A stretch of 36,497 nucleotides of DNA from a virus. Lineage: Duplodnaviria; Caudoviricetes. This document shows, piece by piece, positions 36,023 to 36,497 of this stretch; position 1 is the first letter of the stretch; each line of letters opens with the position of its first letter. The stretch spans positions 1 to 36,497 of IMG/VR virus record IMGVR_UViG_3300038321_000041. One strand, written 5' to 3'. A program made the position numbers and the translations under genes. The notes beneath the pieces were generated by a model. That model searched no databases, was not told the origin of the DNA, and worked only from the letters and a program-made list of their open reading frames with translations.

Positions 36023-36166
36023 TTAATTATAATATACAAAATAAAATAATAGTTAAAAATCATCGCTAACTATCTATAAATCACTTATATATATACTATA
36101 TTATTATTATTATTAAAATATTATATATAACTATATATATAATAGGGCTTTTCCCTATATAGTTTT
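36023..36166 (-). repeat. Right copy of ~145-bp diverged inverted repeat
   Basis: Reverse complement aligns with 21066-21210. Confidence 0.9.
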
Positions 36167-36325
36167 TCAAAGTGCCTAATTTTCCTAATATTTCTAATTT
36201 TGACACTTAACAGACTGAAGCGCAAATATTTACAATATTATTTGTTCAAAAATAAAAATAATTTACTGCCATTCATCAGCCTGATAAAATAATTCGACTG
36301 ATAACACCATGATACTGTGATGAAT

Positions 36326-36360
36326 AAAAAAAATACCCATCTTCACAGACAGATATTTTT
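36326..36360 (-). terminator. Rho-independent terminator
   Basis: AAUAUCUGUC-UGUGAA-GAUGGGUAUU stem (G-U pairs work only on minus strand) running into a U tract. Confidence 0.7.
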
Positions 36361-36497
36361 AAAGTAATAATCCTTAAAAGTAGTTTATGTGTAAACCTAA
36401 AAAAATGACCTGAAACAAATCGTTAATCCAGTCTTTAATCTAATCTTTAAACAAATCTCAAATCAGTAATCACGTTAATATGTCATAGTCAAGTTTT

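Noticed and set aside
1-36497. Stop-codon reassignment or tRNA genes
   Set aside because: Core genes are intact under the standard code with TAA, TAG and TGA all used as stops; no cloverleaf was recognised

Overview
Nearly complete genome (or large segment) of a tailed, siphovirus-type dsDNA phage of a Bacteroidota host. The host is inferred from five TTTG-N19/20-TAnnTTTG promoters and A-rich leaders without Shine-Dalgarno sequences. All credible genes are on the minus strand. In transcription order (right to left): an early/replication block (~21.7-35.7 kb) encoding an Xis-like HTH, gp2.5-like SSB, YqaJ-like nuclease, primase-like protein, VirE/VapE-like ATPase, DNA MTase, SNF2 helicase, MazG-like, YopX and VRR-NUC proteins; a ~0.9 kb non-coding control region; then one late operon: ParB-MTase, MetK, terminase, portal, head, neck, tail (with a -1 frameshift chaperone), fibre and lysis genes, cut at the left edge. 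No integrase, repressor, DNA polymerase, reverse transcriptase, tRNA or CRISPR array was seen. The most unusual signals are non-coding: (i) a diverged ~145-bp inverted repeat pair with shared inner motif arrays bracketing the whole early block; (ii) a ~130-bp helically phased A-tract array; (iii) a duplicated RNA pseudoknot with a compensatory base change; (iv) at least four accessory-gene insertions each flanked by direct repeats copied from a neighbouring gene junction. Family assignments are from visual motif recognition, not database searches.
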